A stretch of DNA of 63,664 nt, counting the filler, from Folioceros fuciformis (lineage: Eukaryota): NCBI GenBank assembly GCA_049999805.1. It is 11 parts of 11 records of this genome, joined end to end, with 100 filler letters (N's around TTAATTAATTAA, not from the genome) between each part and the next. Parts side by side here need not be neighbours in the genome. Positions count along the whole stretch, not along the records: positions 36,384 to 44,097 come from JBNGIO010005259.1; positions 44,198 to 52,747 come from JBNGIO010005260.1; 9 more parts are not named here. One strand, given 5' to 3'. A program made the translations under genes and the position numbers. Position 1 is the stretch's first letter. Each line of letters begins with the position of its first letter. Under the pieces are notes generated by a model. It saw only the letters and a program-made list of their open reading frames with translations, was not told the DNA's origin and did not search any database. Below are positions 36,765 to 50,550 of this stretch, piece by piece.

Positions 36765-37717
36765 GTGGTGGTAGGGCCAGCTCATTGGTGGCAGGATGTG
36801 CTAGAAGTCTAAATAAGTGGCTGGTGACAGCCAGTTAGGCTATTAAAATAATATTTCTCAAGTTAGAGAGAGGTGAAGTCAGAGAGAGAGAGAGGCTCCT
36901 ATAAGATCAGGTGAGCCTGTAGAAGGAAGTAGTCATTCACTTTGGGAGTTAGTCTATCACTTCGTGAGCTCTTGGAGGTACTCTCTTCATGAGCTCTTGT
37001 GGTCTGTCCCTGCTTGGTTTAGGACCTGTAGTGTGTTGCCGGCTGTGCAACGTTTGGTAGGATCGCAAGCCGCGTGTTGCCGGTTGTACAGTGTCTTGTA
37101 GGATCACAAGGTGTAATGACCAGGGTGAAGGGGCTTGCCCCTAGCTCTTGATTGTAAAGGATGTGTCTTTCTCTCAAACTGTCCACTCTTGTTCCCTGTT
37201 TGGACAAGTGCTGTAGGCCAGCCATGTTTCATGGCGTCTGGTAAGGTTGTGGGGAGGAGATATCCGAGAGGGGAGTGTGTTCCCTTCTTTCTTTTCTTTG
37301 GGGTTAGCCTAGTGACTCTTGTCGGCTAGGAGGAGTCAATAGGGAATTGTAGAAGGTAGTGGTGTCGTTGTTAGTTGCTGGTGTTGGTGTTGGAGTGAGA
37401 GAGTGAGTGAAGTGAGTGAGGGAAGTTGCAGATCTGAGAGGTTAAGGTCGTTGTAGTGATAAGAGTGAGTTTGTGGGCACCGAGAGAGGTGCAGCTGACC
37501 GCTGGACAGCGAGGCCTGTCCTACGCCTAATCGGAGCTGGAGGGGAGCCCTCGAATCCATCATCGAGTTGATTGAGTCCGACCCTCCATCCACAACAGCA
37601 AGGAACCCCATCGCTCCTACGTGGGAACGGAACCCAATGTCTCAACAACAGTGGGATAAGTGTGGCCACTAAAGGTGGAACCCGTTGGCAATCAGTGCTC
37701 GGGGTTTTGCCTCCACA
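36765..37717 (+). mobile_element. LTR-like dispersed repeat, copy 2
   Basis: Colinear with 44201-45286; ends GGTTTTGCCTCCACA. Confidence 0.75.
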
Positions 37718-38111
37718 GAGCTCCAGCTTCGTCTATCCAATGGCAAACTTCTCACCATCAATGGCATCCTTCACGTCCCTGCCCATGACAAAAAACTTGT
37801 TATCAATCCGTAAACTAGCCACATAGCATGACCTCATCATTACCTTCTAGGTAAATCACTGCATAGTCCATCGTAGCAAGGATCCGAACCAGGTCAGTTG
37901 GAATATAAGGTAGACCACGTGGTTCTGTATTACGTGGTTGTGTTGGTTAGCCTAACTAGACCTAGTTATAGGTGTAGTTAGTTAACTGGCAAGTTAGTCA
38001 AAGGGCACACCCCTTTTTAAACTACTACTTAAGGCCTACCTTTGTATCCACCTATTCAGTTGCTAATAAATCATTTTCGATGCATCTGGTTCTGCGTTAG
38101 CAATTCTAACT

Positions 38112-38123
38112 TGGTATCAGAGC
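38112..38123 (+). promoter_or_regulatory. tRNA-iMet PBS preceded by a short LTR-like segment (~37925-38110)
   Basis: TGGTATCAGAGC, with AATAAA ~45 nt upstream. No recognisable gag follows. Confidence 0.6.
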
Positions 38124-39677
38124 TACGGATCAGATGGCCTATGTTTATTATGCCTAGAAGATTGTTTGTCCTAAAATGTCTAGGTAGCATAGTGTCTTGG
38201 GTGTGAATATGCCATCAATTTTTTTTTCTTTTAGAAGAAAACAAAAAGAACTGAGCACCTGGGGTAGTTCACCCATCTAGGTACTTATACAAGCTCAAGG
38301 CGCTTAATACTAGAGTTTTGGTAGAAGACAGGCTATCAAACCCCTTTCAACTTTCTACAATTTAAATTTGATTTCGTGCAGATATCAACAGACAGCAGCC
38401 TGTATGAATCTTCAAAATAAAGGGAGAGGCATTCTGCCTCTCCCCTACACTACGTCGCGAGCGACCTCCCAGCCTGATCATGGCTAGAAGACGGCGCCAA
38501 AATGTACGATTTCCTTGTCTTCTTGAAGCACGATTGCCTAGGCCAACTCGCCTTGGATCAACGCCAATTCCTGCTCATCGAATTGCACCAAGATGTGTGT
38601 AATCTGTGGCAGGAGAGCTCCTCCAAATGCTTTTCTTTGGCAATCTTGTTGGGGAGGATTCTGGCCGTTTTGCTTCAAATCATGACCTGATTTTTGGAGA
38701 GGACCTCCACCTTACCAAAAGGACCCTAGCACTTGGCCGAAATTGCACCCGTGCCTGCACCTGCACACCAAGATCAAGCCCAAAAGTCAATTGTCTTCAA
38801 CATGGTTTTTCAGAAGATGATTATGTCCCCGGGGCGTCTCGGAGCCTTCTGTCCCTTCATGAGGAGCAGACAATCGATAATGCTCTCCTCTCTAACCCTG
38901 TAGGACGAGGATTTGTGAGGATTTGTTCAGATTGTGGTGGATTTGCTTCTGCCCAAGAGCATGGGCAAATCGGCAAGACAGGAGCTCAATCTTGTTTGAT
39001 TACTGTGTAGGAGGAAGGCATTTTCCGGGACGCACCGTCGCCAAACCACCATCACGATTGGGCCAGGCTACAGGCGCTCAGCGAGGAGCGTGCTGCCACC
39101 ATCGCGGTCGCGGTGGAGAGCTGCGCCCAGGGCGCTCACCCTGCACGCGGGGAGGCGCATGCACCTACGAACCGGAGCGTGACCCCCGAAATGATGTTTT
39201 AACTCGTCGTTTTGTGGAGGTGGGTTTGTTTTATCCATGAACCAGTGTGAATGCATCGATTCCGAACTGGCATCGATTTTTTGTCCCATTTTGTGCCTCT
39301 TCACACTTGTTGGCACCCCTTCATGGAGATTTTCTGGCACAACAAGGAATTACCTTTGTTTTTCCTACAGCTTGGACTGGAGAAGAACTCAACCTTGCAC
39401 TCGTGAAGGTCGAGGCCGATCCTTTGCCTCCTCCTCATCACGGTTTGGCAATGCGGTGCATCCTCACCGGAAATCCATTAAAGAAATTTCTGCTTCGTCT
39501 GGAGACTCTCAAGGTTGATTCGATCCACCAACATGGCCTGCCAGACTTCTGGCTCTCTGGCAATTAGTGGCCAACGCCAACGAAGATCTTCTCCACCTGG
39601 CAACCCAAATTCAAGAATTTCAAGGGAGTGTCGATTCTGAGAGCGCTGAAGTCACCAAGCCTTCTCCTCCTCTCCTT

Positions 39678-39927
39678 TGTTGAAATAGCACCACTAGCTA
39701 GATGGATTCCACAGTATGTTACTTATGGTACACAGGATGCTACATATATAGCCTTCAGGCGGGGCAACCCTTGATAAGGTAAGCCTTAGTCTCGAGGGTG
39801 CAATATCCTGGTATATCCTTATAACACTTAGGTGGTAGATAACTACAAGTTCAATATGGAATAATCTACACTATCCTAAGTGTTGTATGCTCTTAATAAC
39901 AATTCAGTTAGAGCTTGATTTCTAACA
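39678..39927 (-). mobile_element. 3' LTR (250 bp) of the copia element
   Basis: TGTT...AACA termini, preceded on the minus strand by the polypurine tract GAGGGGGAG (39936-39928). Confidence 0.85.
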
Positions 39928-42900
39928 CTCCCCCTCAAGCTCAAGACTATTTGTAATACTCCAAGTAGTTCACGAAAGTGTAAGAACTTATCTCTACCTA
40001 GCAACTTAGTAAAGATATCTGCTACCTGGTCTTCGGTCTTCACGTGCCGAAGATCTATCTTCTCAGATAATACCACTTCCCTGATGAAATGATAATGTAC
40101 TTCTATGTGCTTCGAACGAGCATGAAACACAGGATTAGTAGGCAACCTCATGCTACTCATGTTGTCACGGTAGATTATGACCTTGCTATTCACTATATTT
40201 CCAAGATCATGTAGCAACTTCTGCAACCAAGTTGCTTCACAAGCTGCCATTGCAGCTCCTCGATACTCTACTTATGTGCTTGACAAAGCAACTGTCGGTT
40301 GTTTCTTGCTTTGCCAGCTGATCATACTACTTCCCAGACTGAATGCATATCCATTGGTTGATCTTTTGTCATACGCACAACCAGCCCAATCAGCATCTGT
40401 ATATCCTGTTAGTTCAAGATGCTTCCTATGCTCATAGAGCAATCCAAACTCACTAGTTCCTTTCACATATCTCATGATTCTTCTAATTGCATCCAAGTGT
40501 GGTTTCCTTGGGTTCTGCATGAATTGACTAATCAGTTCTCCTGCATAACTTAAGTCAGGACGTGTGATAGTCAAGTAGATCAAACTTCCGACCATCTGTC
40601 GATACATGGTCACATTTTCCAGCTCAGTTCCTACATCCATTTACAGCTTGACGCTCTGCTCCAATGGTGTATCCATCACTTTGCAATTTGCCATGCCATA
40701 CTTCTGCAGCATATCCTTAGCATATTGTTTTTGCAATAGCCAGATTCCTTGAGGTGTAGACACAACCTCAATTCCTAAGAAGCATCTAAGTTCACCAAGA
40801 TCCTTCACCTTGAACTCTTTTTGCATATTCGCCTTGACATCTGCAATACCATCTGCATCATCTCCTGTGATGATCAGGTCGTCAACATAAACGACAAGAC
40901 ACACTTGTCCTGCCTTGGTCTATTTTACAAACAGACTGTGATCTGCTTCTCCAATCACAAACCCTCGTTCCTTCAAATAACTTGTGATACGAGCATTCCA
41001 TGCTCTAGGTGCTTGTTTGAGTCCATACAATGCCTTCTTCAGTTTGCATACGTACGTTGGAAACTTAGGATGAACATAGCCTTCAGGGTGTTCCATGTAC
41101 ACTTCCTCCTGCAACTCGCCATTCAAGAAAGCATTCTTGACATCCATTTGCCATAACTTCCATCCTTTAGCTGCTGCAAATGCTATGATTGTCATCTTGG
41201 CTACTGGACTAAAGGTTTCGTCATAATCAAGACCATATTGTTGTGCATATCCCTTTGCAACCAAGTTGGCCTTGTAACGCTCCAGCGTTCCATCTGACTT
41301 GAACTTCAGCTTGTACACCCACTTAGAACCGATAGGAACCTTGCCATCAGGCAATTGAACCAAATCCCACGTTCCGTTCTCAACTAATGCTGAGTATTCT
41401 TCATCCATGGCTTGACACCTCTTATCATCTGTCACTACCTCAACAAACTTGGTTGGCTCCTTACGAGTTGTGACCCTTGTCATATACGCATAATGTTGCG
41501 CATTGTAGCTTGTATAGGTGTACCTGTCGATGGGTTTCCTAACCCTCTTAGATCTCCTTGGTCTTGGTTTAGTTTGAACCTGCCTTGCATATCGTTGCTC
41601 CTTAGCACCTGGCGTTTCCACAGACGGAATGCCAAACTCACTATCAATGCTCTCACTACCTGAGGATTTATATCCCTCATTTCCATTTTTGCTGCTTTCT
41701 ACTCTCCCCCTCACTGACATGTCTGGGTCAATGGTCTTGGGTTTACCATTCCGCAGTCTTCCAGACCATGGATTCATTGTTGGTCATCCACCATTGGTCA
41801 CATCCTCACTCTTTGTAGGAGTACTCTTAATATTACTCCCCCCCGTGGGTTCGTCATAGGGTAGTGCAACTGAGTTGCTATACCAGGAGGCTAACTCATC
41901 AAATACCACATCCCTACTTATCAGGATCTCATGTGTGGATGGCACATAACACTTATATGCCTTCCTATTTCGTGCATACCCCAGAAAAACACTCTTCACT
42001 ACTTCAGGATCCAGCTTCCTACGCTTCTCATCAGGTACATGCACATATGCAATGCACCCAAACACTTTCAAGTGCCTAATATCCGGCTTATAGCCATAGA
42101 GTCTCTCAATTGGTATAGCATCATGAATTCCTACCGTAGGAGTTCGATTCAGTACATACACTGCTGTCATCATTGCTTTCGCCCAATAATCATTAGGTAA
42201 GCACTTCTCATTCAGCATTGCCCTTGTTGTTTCCATGACTACCCTGTTCTTCCTCTCTGCAACACCATTCTACTATTGTGTGTATCTGCAAGTCTTCGTA
42301 TACCATGATCTGCAAGATACCTATCAAACTCACTTGAGACATATTCTCCCCCTCCATCTGATCTTATACAAGAAATGGAGCAGCTGAATTCATTTTCAGC
42401 ATGCTTTTTGAAGTCCTTGAAAGACTCAAACACTTCATCCTTATGCTTCAGTATGTACAGCCGCGTGTACCTGCTGAAATCATCAATGAAGGAGACATAG
42501 TAGTGGGCTCCTCCAAACGATGCATTGTGTGAAGGACCCCATACATCAGAGTGTATCAATTGCAAAGGTCTCGAGTTGTTCTGCACGTGTCGCACAAATG
42601 AAAACCTTGATTGTTTTCCAAATTGACATGCAGAACACACATGACCAAGATAAGCATACTTGAACTTGGGCAATCCTTCCACCACGCTTTTCTGTTGCAT
42701 AGATTTTAGCTTCTATATGTTCACATGCCCAATCCTCTTATGCCATATTTCAACATCACGTATGGCACCTGCGTCATTTGTAAACATTGCTGCATTTAGC
42801 TTTGGAATGGATGCATCCAGAGTGAACATCCGTGCATTCCTACTACCTTTAGCAATCAGTTTGCGCCCTTTGTCATATTCCTCAATAAAGCATCCATCTT

Positions 42901-44097
42901 TATTAAATTGAACCTGCAGATTTTGTTCAGCCATTTGTCCAATAGACAACAGGTTCTTCGTAATGGTTGGAACATGCAACACATCTTGCAGACTCTTCTG
43001 CTGACCATTCGGCATCCTAAGAGGAACAATTCCTTTGTGTTTTATGTCATATTGTGTGTCATCTCTTGTACACACATGACCATGGGGACCTACATCCATC
43101 TTGTTAAACCACTCGCCATGTGGAGTCATGTGGTTTGATGCTCCTGAATCAATGTACCATCTCTCATCATTCTGCCCATCCTGTTCAGAGAGATGTTGCA
43201 TGGCAAACAACCTATCCTGGTCATTTCCAACATTACTAGAGGAGGCATAGTTCCCATGCAGCCTTCCTTTTCCTCTCATGTCTGCTTGCTGCTTATAGCA
43301 GTCCTCAGCAATATGACCAACCTTTCCACAGTAGTAACACTCCTTGTCTCTATTGGAATGGTCATGAGATTGAAAAGAACCATCTCTTCCTCTTGTGGCT
43401 CTACTTGTGCCTCTAAAACTTCCAGATCGTCTCTGGCCTTGCGCATTTCCTCCACGCCAATTGTCTTGCTGATTCTGCGTGTTCCGAGCATCACCCCGTC
43501 CTCGGAATAAACCACGACCTTTGTGGCCTCTCCCACGCTGGTTAGAAAACAAAACAGTGTCTCTCCCTTGAGACATACCTGAACCTGTGTTCAGACCAAG
43601 CTTAACTTCCTCATGCAGCAACAAAGCAACCAATTCATCCCAACTTGGGAACTCAGCTCTCACATAGATTGATGTGTCAAAGGACTTAAATTCCTTGCCA
43701 AGTCTATTCAGAGTAATTGCAACCATGTCATCTTCCATCACACTTGCACCAATTGTAGCAAGCTGATCAGCTATGGTCTTCACCTTTGTTGTATACACGA
43801 GTATGGATATGCTACCTTGTGACAAGTTGTTGAACTGCTGCTTCAACTGGATTTTCCTAGCATGTGTGACATTCCCATAGTTCCTCATGAGTATGTCCCA
43901 TGCATCCTTTGGAGACTCACATCCCGTGATCTGTATGACCATAGCATCTGAAATACTTAAGGAGAGCCAGTGTAACACTTTACATGCTCTCTCAGTCCAA
44001 TGCTTATGAGCAGTCTTTTGCTCCTGTGATAGAGTACGATCCATCTCCGATTCACTCTCATCACCTGTGCAGAGGTCCCAATAGCCTCTACCTACTA
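39928..44097 (-). mobile_element. Ty1/copia gag-pol, nearly complete, with frameshifts and stops
   Basis: gag CYYCGKVGHIAEDC, protease WYIDSGASNHM, integrase IHSDVWG..IRSDGGGEY, RT QMDVKNAFLNG..VYVDD, RNaseH YTDADWAG..KHIEVHYHFIRE..ADIFTK, in copia order (INT before RT). Confidence 0.97.
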
Positions 44098-44197
44098 NNN
44101 NNNNNNNNNNNNNNNNNNNNNNNNNNNNNNNNNNNNNNNNNTTAATTAATTAANNNNNNNNNNNNNNNNNNNNNNNNNNNNNNNNNNNNNNNNNNNN

Positions 44198-45286
44198 GTG
44201 GTAGATCCTTGTGGTGGTAGGGCCAGGAGCTCATTGGTGGCAGGATGTGCTAGAAGTCTAAATAAGTGGTTGGTGATAGCCGGCTAGGCTAGTGGTCATA
44301 TTAAAATAATATTTCTCAAGTTAGAGAGAGGTGAAGTAAGAGAGAGAGAGAGGCTCCTATAAGATCAGGTGAGCCTGTAGGAGGAGGGAGTCATTCACTT
44401 TGGGAGTCAGTCTATCTCTTCGTGAGCTCTTGGAGGTCCTCTCTTCATGAGCTCTTGTGGTCTGTCCCTNNNNNNNNNNNNNNNNNNNNNNNNNNNNNNN
44501 NNNNNNNNNNNNNNNNNNNNNNNNNNNNNNNNNNNNNNNNNNNNNNNNNNNNNNNNNNNNNNNNNNNNNTGCCGGCTGTGCAACGTCTGGTAGGATCGCA
44601 AGCCGCGTGTTGCCGGCTGTACAGTGTCTGGTAGGATCGCGGGCAACGTGTTGCCGGTTGTATAGTGTCTGGTAGGATCACAAGGTGTAATGACCAAGGT
44701 GAAGGGGCTTGCCCCTAGCTCTTGATTGTAAAGGATGTGTCTTTCTCTCGACCTGTCCACTCTTGTTCCTTGCTTGGACAAGTGCTGTAGGCCGGCCATC
44801 TTTCATGGCGTCTGGTAAGGTTGTAGGGGGGAGATATCCAAGAAGGGAGTGTGTTCCCTTCTTTCTTTTCTTTGGGGTTAGTCTAGTGACTCTTGCCGGG
44901 TAGGAGGAGTCAGCACGGAAGTGTAGAAGGTAGTGGTGTCATTGTTAGTTGCTGGTGTTGGTGCTGGAGTGAGAGAGTGAGTGAGTGAGGGAAGTCGCAG
45001 ATCTAAGAGGTTAGGGTCGTTGTAGTGACTGGAGTGAGTTTGTGAGCACCGAGAGAGGTGCAGCTGACCGTCGGACAGCGAGGCCTGTCCTACGCCTGAT
45101 CGGAGCTGGAGGGGAGCCCTCGAATCCATCATCGAGTCGATCAAGTCCGACCCTCCATCCACAGCAGCAAGGAACCCCATCGCTCCTTCGTGGGAACGAA
45201 ACCCAATGTCTCAACGATAGTGGGATAAGTGTGGCCACTAAAGGTGGAACCCGTTGGCAATCAGAGCCTAGGGTTTTGCCTCCACA
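44198..45286 (+). mobile_element. LTR-like dispersed repeat, copy 3, with expanded internal 41-bp tandem units
   Basis: GCCGGCTGTACAGTGTCTGGTAGGATCGC.. units at 44570-44680 next to a gap. Ends ...GCCTCCACA directly against the LINE ORF2. Confidence 0.75.
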
Positions 45287-48200
45287 TCTAACCAGCAACA
45301 ACAGAATTTGGGTGCGCGCAGGCTGGACAGGTTCTATGTTCCGTCGGGCTGGCTACCACTAGTACAGTCGTACAGTATTCTTGCTGGTACGATCCTGTCG
45401 GACCATCATCCAATTAGCCTACACTTGAGGCTTGCCCCTGCCGCGGGACGACAGAGGAGGTTTATGCAAAATTACTGGATGAACACGTCCTTACTCAAAG
45501 AAAAAGGGGTGTTCGAGGAGGTCAAAAGCATTTGGTAGGGAATTGAACAGGGGGAAGAGCCTGCTGTGTCTAGATTAATAAGTGCTAACAATGCTGCGAC
45601 TAGGTTTTTGAGGAAGCAAGGGGTCCAACGTGCAAGAATGTTTTTGGAGGGAAGAACTAAGTTGGCTCCAAAGGCCCGTGAGGAGAGAGACTCCACAATC
45701 AAAGAAGAAGCCCGGAAAACAGAGGTACAATGCGATTTGGCCAAGTTAGAAGAAGGCAGGGCTAGAGGTTGGTTCAAACGGGCGAAAGTTAGGTGGGTGA
45801 AGAAAGGGGACGGTCCTGTCGAAATTCTTCTTCGGCAAGGTGGCTGCGAACCAGCACAGGATGCTCAAGGGGTGGTACATGAGTCGCTTGGTGGTTTGAA
45901 AAAGCTCATTACCCTTTTCTTTGTGGGAATTTTTTCCACCGTTGGGGAGGTGACAGGGTGGGAGCAGCTATGGTCTTCTGCGTACGGGTCACTTTCGGCT
46001 AAAGTGTCTGAAGCCCAGTAGAAGGCACCGGATAAGCCGATTACTGCAGAGGAAGTGCTCCAGGCTCTGAAGGGGATGTTGAGGAATAAATCCCCAGGTC
46101 ATAACGGTATCCCACCCGAGTTTCTGTTATGGGGGTGGGAGTTTATGGAGCCTTTGTTCATGGAGGTGGTGGACATGATATGGGAGGAAGGTAGTATGGG
46201 GAGTTGGTTTAACATGGGGGTCATCGCCTTGCTCCCTAAGCAAGACGCCAGTCTATCTATTTCCAACTGGCGCCCAATCACCTTGCTTACAACTACGTAT
46301 AAAGTCATAGCTAAGGTTTTGGCCAACCGTATCAAGCCCTTTCTAGATGATTGGATTGAGAAAGAACAATGGGGGTTCATCCAAAACAGGTGTATGTTGG
46401 ACAACCTTCTACTCTTGCGGGAAGCTAAGTATAATACGCAGGTGCAGAAGACAGCTGCAGTTTTCATCTCCCTTGATTTTTACAAGGCTTATGATTCCAT
46501 TGAGTGGCATTTCTTGTGGAGGTGCTTGCGAAGCTTTGGGTTCGGGAATAACTTCTGTAGGTGGATCGCCATTCAGTTGAAGATGTAGGGGCCAAGGTGG
46601 CCATCAATGGATCCTTTACGGAGCGCTTTGGCATTCACTGGTCGGTACGTCAGGGTTGCCCCCTTGCTCCTTTCTTATTTATTATTGTTACTGACTGCTT
46701 CCTCCGAGCAGTTAAACAAGATCAGGCTGTTGAGGGTATTCGCAACCCAGATGGATCGCAATTAAGGGTCTCTACGTTTGCATACGACACCCTTCTATTT
46801 TCCTCAGCAAAGGAGGCATCTTTGTCTGCTTTGCTTCAGCAAGGTAAGGTATTTGGGGAGTTGTCGGAATGCAAGGTCAATTGGAACAAGACCCGCATGA
46901 TGTGTCTTCATATGAACGGGGAGCTGCCTCCATGTGTTCGACACATTTGGAGGGTGACGTAGGGGCTCTCTCACAAATATCTGGGGCTTCCCTTCCATGA
47001 GGGAGACGAGAACGGTGAGATAGGGAAGTATGTATGCCTCAGATTTATTCGCAAAGCGGCGAGCCTGCAGCTGTTGGAACTTACCCTTGTAGGAAGGTTG
47101 GTGGTGATTAACCACATCCTAACGGACTCTCTATGGTATTATTTGTTCTTGTGAGCTCTTTCCAAGACAGAGGTGAAAAGGTTGCAGCAGGTGATAACTT
47201 CCTTCCTGTGGAAACGTGCGGGGGATAGCTCGACTAGGTGCTCCAAGGTGGCTTGGCAGCACATTATTCAAGCGCGCAGTATGGAGGGGCTTGGGGTGGT
47301 TGATCCGGTTGCTAAGATGAAAGTCTTGCATGCTCAGTGGGTGGTAAGGGCGGCGGATCCCGCCTACTACCCTTGGAAGAGCCTGCTAACACAATATATG
47401 GCACTCAAGTTGTCCCTAGGTGAAGCAGATCTATTGACAACATCCTTGCTGATAACCCTCTTCTGGATACGACAGAGTGCTCCCCACTCTTCAAGTCAAT
47501 CTGGAGTAGCTATTTAGAGGTCAAGAGGTGCATTATCCCTAGTAGCCCTTCACATGTCGATTATGTTCTGGGTGTTCTGGGTTACAAGGTTTCTTGAGGC
47601 TGTGGGATCAAGAGTTTCGGGCAAGGGTGTATCGGTCCCAAATTTTCGGATTGGCGTGTCGGAAAGGGGTCATCCAACTTGGTCACTTGTGGAACAAAAC
47701 AGAGGCCCGTTGGAAGGAGGTAGAGGAGGTCAAGGGTGAATTTGGTCTAGTGAATAGACATGTTAGGCTCATTTTTTCATGGCTGCAGGAGGGGTTAGAG
47801 GGTAAGGTACAACAGGTGCTAAGGCAACAACCTACTCGGGGAACCGAGGGGTGGTTTGCGTACTCCATGGATAGTAGGGGAGTCGACTCTGAGGGTGAAC
47901 ATGAGAAAGATCTAGAATTAGATAGGGCTATTTGGCTTGCGGGTACAGAGAACAATGAAGCAGGGCGGTCCTTCAAGGTCTGTTCACCAGAAGAGCTTTT
48001 GGTAGATCAGGGCAGGGATGAAGGAGATATCCGTAGAGGGGAACTAAGGGCCATCACGGTCCTCTCTAAGTCTGTTCATGCAGGGCGATGGTGCACGCAA
48101 GATGAGCGTCCTAGTAGGCCACAAACCTCGGACAAGCCAGTCGTAAGGTGTTGGTTTCGGCTAGTGGAAAATTGGGATTTGGCTTCAAGACCAAATCTCT

Positions 48201-48560
48201 ACAAACGGCCCAGGGGGCCAGGACGCAAGCCGGTAAAACCTCGATCTTTCTTCAACCTTCCAATGGCGGACCTCTTCCTCTGGATGGTACGAACGAAGAA
48301 ACTCAAGCAACGACAACCAATGGCTCCCAGGTTACAGCTCTCTGTGCAGCGACAAAAGGAGGCTATTAAGCTGCTTTGGAAGTCAGTAGGAATTCCTTCC
48401 AAGGTTAGGACAACGGTTTAATGTTTTTTTCAAGTTTGTTTGCCTAACGCGGATCGGTGGGATGAGTTGTTGGTTGCCACTGGAGCCCCAAACAAAAGCC
48501 AACACGTGTTCTTCCATTGCTGTTTTGCCCAAGAGATTTGGAGCGAGGTGGGTCGCCCTA
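45287..48560 (+). mobile_element. Non-LTR retrotransposon (L1/Tx1-like) ORF2, degenerate
   Basis: Endonuclease end RLDRFYV..SDHHPI; RT KSPGHNG, NWRPITLL, LDFYKAYDSIEW, VRQGCPLAPFLF, FAYDT, KYLGLP; KVAW..GGLGV-like motif; C-terminal HVFFHC..AQEIW. Confidence 0.92.
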
Positions 48561-48599
48561 CGTTACGGTTGCGACTGAAGTAACACTTTCCTTTTTCTT

Positions 48600-50260
48600 T
48601 CTTATACGACTAACATCCTGCGATAGCTTCTCATTCAACACCATTGATGTCTTCATTGGCTTGTAGTCTTGCATTCCAAAGCACTTAAAGACAGCCTCTA
48701 TGTATGTCCTTTCACTCAAAAAGATTATCTTATTAACCTTGTCCTTATTTCCTTTATCCTTAGAAAGTATTGAAGTTCTCTTAGATTTCTTATGTCTCTA
48801 TTATTAAGACTCTTCGAATCAATTGTAGGTGCCATAATTAATAACAAACGAACGGATGTATCTACAAATCCATGATAGCTACTATAATAGAGAGTATACG
48901 AACGGATGTTATTTTGGCAGCAAGGGAGAAAGTATTAGTGTAATAAATGACTAATACTTATGTATATCTCTTTCCCACCATCCTTGCCTTGTAATGCTCT
49001 ATGCTTCAATCGTCATTGTGTTGGATCTTGAACTCTCATTTCAATTATATGCATTTTGTTCTTTGAGAAAGAGGAGTCATCTTCTAAGTCTTGTCCTTGA
49101 TGAATAAGCTATGCTCATTATCTAGAGCTCCTCTCAACTCCTTTGCCTTTAGGCCTTCTATTGTTTCATTGAAGGTTGGTGGTTCATAGATGTCTACCAC
49201 CAAAGCCACTTCATACTCATATGCATTCATGGACTCGAGGATCTTGTGAGTGAGATTGTTGTTTCCTCTTGGATTCTCCAATCTTGCTCCTTTTCAGCAT
49301 CTTCAATGTTTCAAGTTTCTTCATCTTCTATGTTGCCATGATGCAGAGGTTGACCATGCTTTGGAGTAGGTTGAGTTTGCTTAAGAGTATGTTACTTAAG
49401 AACCAAGTCTTGAGGGTCCTTACCTAGTTGCCTCAACTTTTTAACAACAACTTGAGTTGCTCTTATTAGTTTGTTGAGTTCCACATGAAAAACTACATCT
49501 TTACTAACAATGATTTATATGGTGGAAAGTTCATACAACCTATACTCTTTTATCTTATCAAATTATCTAAGCATGATGTATTGGTTGCCTTTAGGATCCT
49601 ACGTGGTTCGATTTTGCTTCGGAACATGCGTATAAGCCATAGGACCAAAAGTCCTAAAATGTAGTCACATTAGGTTTAATACTAGACCATGCCTTCTCCG
49701 AAATCATTGTAAGCATGGCTTTTATTGTAATTCTATTTAAAATATAAATTAATATGATAACAACCTTTCCCAAAAAATGTACCTCCAACCCACTTTGAAG
49801 GATTATGCTTTTCCCATTTCTACTAGGCTTCGTAGCTTGTACTTTGCCACTTTATTTTAGTTCGACGTGTGAGGAATTGAAATAAAGTTCGACGTGTGAG
49901 GAATTGAAATAAAGTCCGACGTGTGAGGAATTGTGAGTTGTTTTCGAATGCTACACTCTTTGCAAAAGCTTTTAAATTGAGGAGAGATGTATTCTCTTCC
50001 ATTATCACTTCTCATAGTCTTTAGGTATTCTCCACGCTCGTTTTCAACTAAAGCCATCAACATCTTGAATGTGCTGAATACCTCAAATTTCTTCTTCAAG
50101 AGATGATTTAAACTCCTCCTTATAAAATCATCCACGGAGGACTAAAATGTAGTGCACTCCGCCACGGATAGGATTTTTCATTATTTCGTATGTGTTAGTA
50201 TGTACGAGCTCCAACACCTTTGTTGCTCCACGCGCTCTAATCTTAGGGAACTTTTTTATT
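48600..50260 (-). mobile_element. Highly degenerate Ty1/copia integrase-RT remnant
   Basis: MRSDNGREY, FGPMAYTHVPK, EPPTFNE, with many stops. Contains a 27-bp tandem x3 at ~49859-49933. Confidence 0.8.
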
Positions 50261-50269
50261 CAATGATTC

Positions 50270-50550
50270 GACATTACATTCGACACCTATAAGCATGTCA
50301 AATTTTTTATTGATCACAAAGATCACAATAGATGAAACTTGCTTCAGTTTGAACTTTGTCGATACATTCGACACCTATAAGCATGTCGATTTCTTTGTCG
50401 ATCACAGAAAACAAGATGGAAGAGACTTGCTTCGGTTTGAACTTTGTTGATACATTTGACACCTATAAGCATGTCGATTTCTTCATAATGAGATAGCTCT
50501 ATCATCAGCTATAGGCATGTCGATTTCTTCATAATGAGATAACTCTATCG
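50270..50550. repeat. Nested tandem repeats (ACATTCGACACCTATAAGCATGTC x3; GCATGTCGATTTCTTCATAATGAGATA x2)
   Basis: Read directly from the sequence. Confidence 0.8.

Noticed and set aside
38400-39677. Coding-like GC-richer segment
   Set aside because: No consistent frame or motif could be reconstructed.
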